DNA of 64,000 nucleotides from Octopus sinensis (Eukaryota): NCBI RefSeq assembly GCF_006345805.1, contig NC_043018.1, positions 4,836,001 to 4,900,000 of the forward strand, read 5' to 3'. Shown piece by piece: positions 60,156 to 64,000 of this stretch (position 1 is its first letter; each line of letters starts with the position of its first letter). The notes under the pieces were generated by a model. It saw only the letters and a program-made list of their open reading frames with translations, ran no database searches and was not told where the DNA came from. The position numbers and the translations under genes were made by a program.

Positions 60156-61500
60156 TGTTCAAAGGAAGGCTTCTAGACGCTTGAAGAAATCTGGCTGCCC
60201 TGCCCCAGTCAGGGCATAGACAATCACTAATCTAAACTCACCACCTTCTGAACCCGTCCGGGTTCAGAAAGATCGTTGGTACCTCGAGACCCAGACCTTT
60301 CCTAAACAGCACGGCCATCCTGCCACCCATTGCAGGCTGACTAAGAGATGCATAGATCAAAAATAGGGGCTATTACGCAAGTGTCGAAAATTCTGGCACA
60401 ACTATAACTAGTGACCTAAGGTCGTTGAAAAAGCAACCTTGTTACCAGGACGATTCGTACATTTATTCAACTTATTTAAAAAAAAAAAAACGCCGAGTTG
60501 GCTGGAAAGAGTTGAGAAAAAGAAGAAGAAAATGGAAGGAATTACTCCCCCGGGGCTGGTAAAGATCGTGTGGTTCCATCTCCATATCTAGTGATGGTTC
60601 CTTTGGGAACTCCTTCAAAAACCTATTGGTGGGATCTACATTAGGGTTTCCCACGTCGTAGGGGAAGCTCTCCTTAATGTTTTTATATGTTTCAAATGAC
60701 ATCCGCACCATTAGTACAACTGCAGGCCCTTTAAAGGTGTTGGTGCTAAAAATCTCCTCCTCTCTCTCAATATTCTCACTTTGTGCTATGAGGGCCATCA
60801 TGTCTTTATTGGCTGTTCTTTCTAGCCTGAAGGTGTCGTTGTGGTTGATCGTCGTTAACGTTTAGGTTTTCTTTCTGTGAGTGGTAGTGTTGTAATTGTT
60901 AGTGGTGGTGGCGGTGTTGGTGGGGGCGGATGTTGTTATGAATGTGTCTATTTGGTATGAGGTGTTCTCAGTGTTTCCTGAGGCGTGTGTTGGTGTGGGG
61001 GTGGGGTAAGATGATTTTTGGCTTCCCTTTTGTTTTTCTTTCTGTCTAGTGGGGTTCCCCCCGTTATCTTCATTTCGAGGTCCCAGTTTCCGCTGAATCT
61101 GTCCCAGACAAGGGTGTGATTGTGTCTGGGAGAGGCGGTGAAGGAAATCTGGGTTGAGAGATGCCTTGTTCTGTTGATTGTCTTTCTATTGGTGATGATG
61201 ATGATGATGATGATGGGGCTATTGTCGCTTTTGCTGCTTTTGCTGCTGCCGTATCTGGTGCTGCTCTTGTTGAGTTTACAGCTGCTAGTGTAGTTCTTGG
61301 TTGAGACTCTGCTGCCGGTGCTTTTGGTGCTTCTGTTGATGCTGCTGCTGCAGGTGCAGCATATGTTGTCGCTGCTGTTGGGGGCAACGGTGGCTTCTCT
61401 CTAACGGGGGACCACGGCTACCAGCAGTCGGACGTTGGTCAGCTTGTTGTTGCTGTTGCTGCTGAGGCCCATCTCACCAATCAACTTGCAAACATTTCGC
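60156..61500 (-). mobile_element. Degenerate L1/Tx1-group LINE 5' part (ORF1-like low-complexity region + start of APE endonuclease)
   Basis: Minus-strand GG.MAVLFRKGLGLEV..IFLNPDG and GEFRLVIVYALTGAGQPDFFKRLEAFL resemble L1/Tx1 APE domains; Ala/Pro/Thr-rich ORF1-like remnants lie upstream. Confidence 0.65.
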
Positions 61501-61819
61501 AGTTGAATGAACGGAAAAAAAGGGGGTGGAGTCTTCGGCTGTGAGAGGGGGATGGTACAAAGAGGCTTCCCCTCCAAGTTTCATATGTGGGCGTCTTCTT
61601 TGTTAAAACGACGCTACCCAAACGTTTTCGAGGAGGTAAAATTTGCCCTTAAGAGGTAAAGACGACCACAAAATACCAGTCCCCAAAATTGCTGGTGCCC
61701 TTAATGACGAAACGCAACAAAAATTGTGCTCATAAACAGATACGAAACAGGTGAAAACTGGTTTGAGCAAAGACTTAAACAACGTGGTCAAAAACACGTT
61801 CGACGTATTTCACAGCGTA

Positions 61820-62215
61820 TAATAATAATAATAATAATAATAATGATAATAATAAAAATGATAATAATATTTAATGACTTCTTTTATTGATCACAAGGAC
61901 CCAAGACATGAAAGACTATCAAAGTACGAATTCCCCCCAAAAAACAAAAAGAAAAACGGGTAGGGTTTACATCGATCAAAGGTAAACGTTACCACATTAA
62001 AGGATATATAAATAACAATTAGAGAAATAAATAATTAATAAGTAAATAAATAATTAGAATCTCCAATAGCGGACAGTCCACTTAAAGTAATCCGGGGTAA
62101 ACGCCGCGCAAAATCCTGGATTACTCTGCCATCCTCAAGGCATGGAAAAGTGCCGTCTTCCAGTTTCTTTTTCCCTGCTCAGAGTCGGTCCATTCAGCCT
62201 CTCCGGTCTCCATAA
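61820..62215 (-). mobile_element. Probable LINE 3' end with (TAT)n tail
   Basis: Minus strand: RLNGPTLS-like ORF end, T-rich UTR, AATAAA, then (TAT)n. Confidence 0.4.
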
Positions 62216-63012
62216 TGAAATTAATAACTATACTCTGTTTCTGTATTGAGTTCTTTCACTTGTATCACAGAGAAATGTATTTGTTACAATATGTTTTAAA
62301 TGATATTACTGCACACACACACACATACACATACACGCACTTAATACATACTTAATGAGTAATTTTGTCTCTGACTTACAATGGTGGCGATGGCGGTGGT
62401 GGTGGTCACGATGGTAGTGGAGAAGGCGGCGGTGGAGGTGGTGAGCGAAGAAAGGGGTGTGTGTGTGGGGGGGTCGTTTACATTATTGTCATTGGCTGTT
62501 GTTATTTTTGTGTTCTTGTTTGCACAACAATTAACAGAACTTCGTAAAAGCCATGGAATGGGAAGGAGAGGGTGTAGGAGGAGAAATGTGTAGGGTTGGC
62601 ATTGGTGGTAGAGGTGATGGTGGTGTGGTGGTGTTGATGTAGAGAAATGTAGCGATAGAAGAGGAGACTGAAGAGAGAGAGAGAGAGAGATGATGGATCA
62701 CGTGTCTAAACGGACCCTCTTTTTCTTGTGTTTTGCAGCAAAACTGAATTAAGAGTAGTTTGACGTACGATTCATCACCGGACTTTAACCAACACAAAAA
62801 ACCACACATAAAAACAACTACTATTACTGCTACTACATAATTTACTTTTTAATCCTCCTCCTCCTCCTCCTCCTCCTCCTGCCATCCACCAAGTCATCCC
62901 CACCATGTAACATCCCACCCACCACCACCTTTTCCATTTGTTTGTTTTGGTTAGATGTGAAGGAGGGCTGAATGGGTTGAGTGGCGTCGGTATGTGGTTA
63001 GCCATTCTGTAA

Positions 63013-63086
63013 AACACACACACACACGTACGCATACACACACACACGTACGCATACACGCACGCACACACACACGCACACGCGCA

Positions 63087-63134
<48 letters not shown>

Positions 63135-63156
63135 CGCACACACACACACGCATGCA

Positions 63157-63196
<40 letters not shown>

Positions 63197-63285
63197 CACA
63201 CGCATGCACGCACACACACACACGCATACACACACACGCACACACACACACGCACACACACACACACACACGCATGCACGCACAC
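63013..63285. repeat. (CA/CG)n microsatellite
   Basis: Directly visible. Confidence 0.97.
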
Positions 63286-63434
63286 CATCGGTCATCTGCT
63301 TTTCTCCACTCATCCAGCGTTGAGGTCGTAGGTTCCGCAAGAACGAGCGATTTTGCTGGTTGCATTAATGGTGGTGGCGAAGATGGTGGTGGTGACGGTA
63401 GTGAACGAAATGAAGTTTGGTGATGATGATGATG

Positions 63435-63870
63435 CTTTCTATTGTGGACACAAGGCCTGAAACTTTGGGGGAGGGGGATGAGTCGTTTACATCGACCCCA
63501 CTGTTCAACTAGTGCTTATTTTATCGATCTCGAGAGGATGAAAGGCAAAGTCGACTTCGGCAGAATTTGAACTCAGGGCGTAAAGACGGACGAAATGCCG
63601 TTAAGCGTTTTGTCCGGTGTGCTAACGTTTCCGCCAGCTTGCCTTAGTTATTCTAGATAATATTAGCAGAGGAACGAAGGCAGCGAACTAGCAGAATCAT
63701 TAACACGCCGGACGAAATGTTTAACAGCATTTCTTCCGTCTTAACGTCCTGAGTTACCTTTCATCCCTTTCAGGGTCGATAAAATAAGTACCACCTGAGC
63801 ACTGGGGGTCGTCGTTATCAACTAGCCCCCTCCTCCTAAAATTTCAGGCCTTATATCTACAGGAGAAAGA
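63435..63870. mobile_element. Two SINE family B copies head-to-head (63435..63645 minus; 63677..63870 plus)
   Basis: Family B consensus on opposite strands separated by ~30 bp. Confidence 0.8.
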
Positions 63871-64000
63871 GAGGGAACATTTATTTCGATTTAAACGTGG
63901 GTGTTCTGTCAGGACAAGTCATGCTGCGGTAGTTACCATGGCTTTGTTTATAAACCCATACGAGAGTTTCTCATAAGGTAACGACCGCGGTATTGTTCGT

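Noticed and set aside
62715-62770. Strong splice-acceptor-like tract ending at 62738
   Set aside because: Stops within a few codons in all three frames and no linked donor identified.

Overview
AT-rich, repeat-dense eukaryotic (metazoan) genomic DNA. The SINE/LINE repertoire looks like octopus/coleoid cephalopod; this is an inference and was not database-checked. Hand-splicing recovers one complete 11-exon gene on the + strand, EXD2 (DEDDy 3'-5' exonuclease plus C-terminal HNH-like domain; 20475..57273, 1791 nt, 596 aa, all GT-AG junctions phase-consistent). It also recovers a candidate two-coding-exon orphan gene (9494..14035, 132 aa): signal peptide, Ala/Ser/Pro spacer, cationic amphipathic helix, Gly-Pro hinge and hydrophobic tail, an architecture reminiscent of cecropin/melittin precursors. 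There is one intact tRNA-Glu(TTC). The rest is transposon debris (CR1-, RTE-, Tx1/L1-, HERO- and Penelope-type retroelements; mariner, Tc1, hAT, piggyBac/pogo-type MITEs; Helitron ends; several SINE families) and microsatellites. Most ORFs in the supplied track are spurious. Main non-coding observations: several fold-back palindromes (including a ~98% identical 600-bp hairpin just past the EXD2 stop and a perfect 78-bp-arm palindrome), an inverted pair of Penelope-type hammerhead ribozyme motifs in an EXD2 intron, and a 13-bp minisatellite born inside an RTE coding motif. Family assignments come from motif recognition, and repeat boundaries are approximate.
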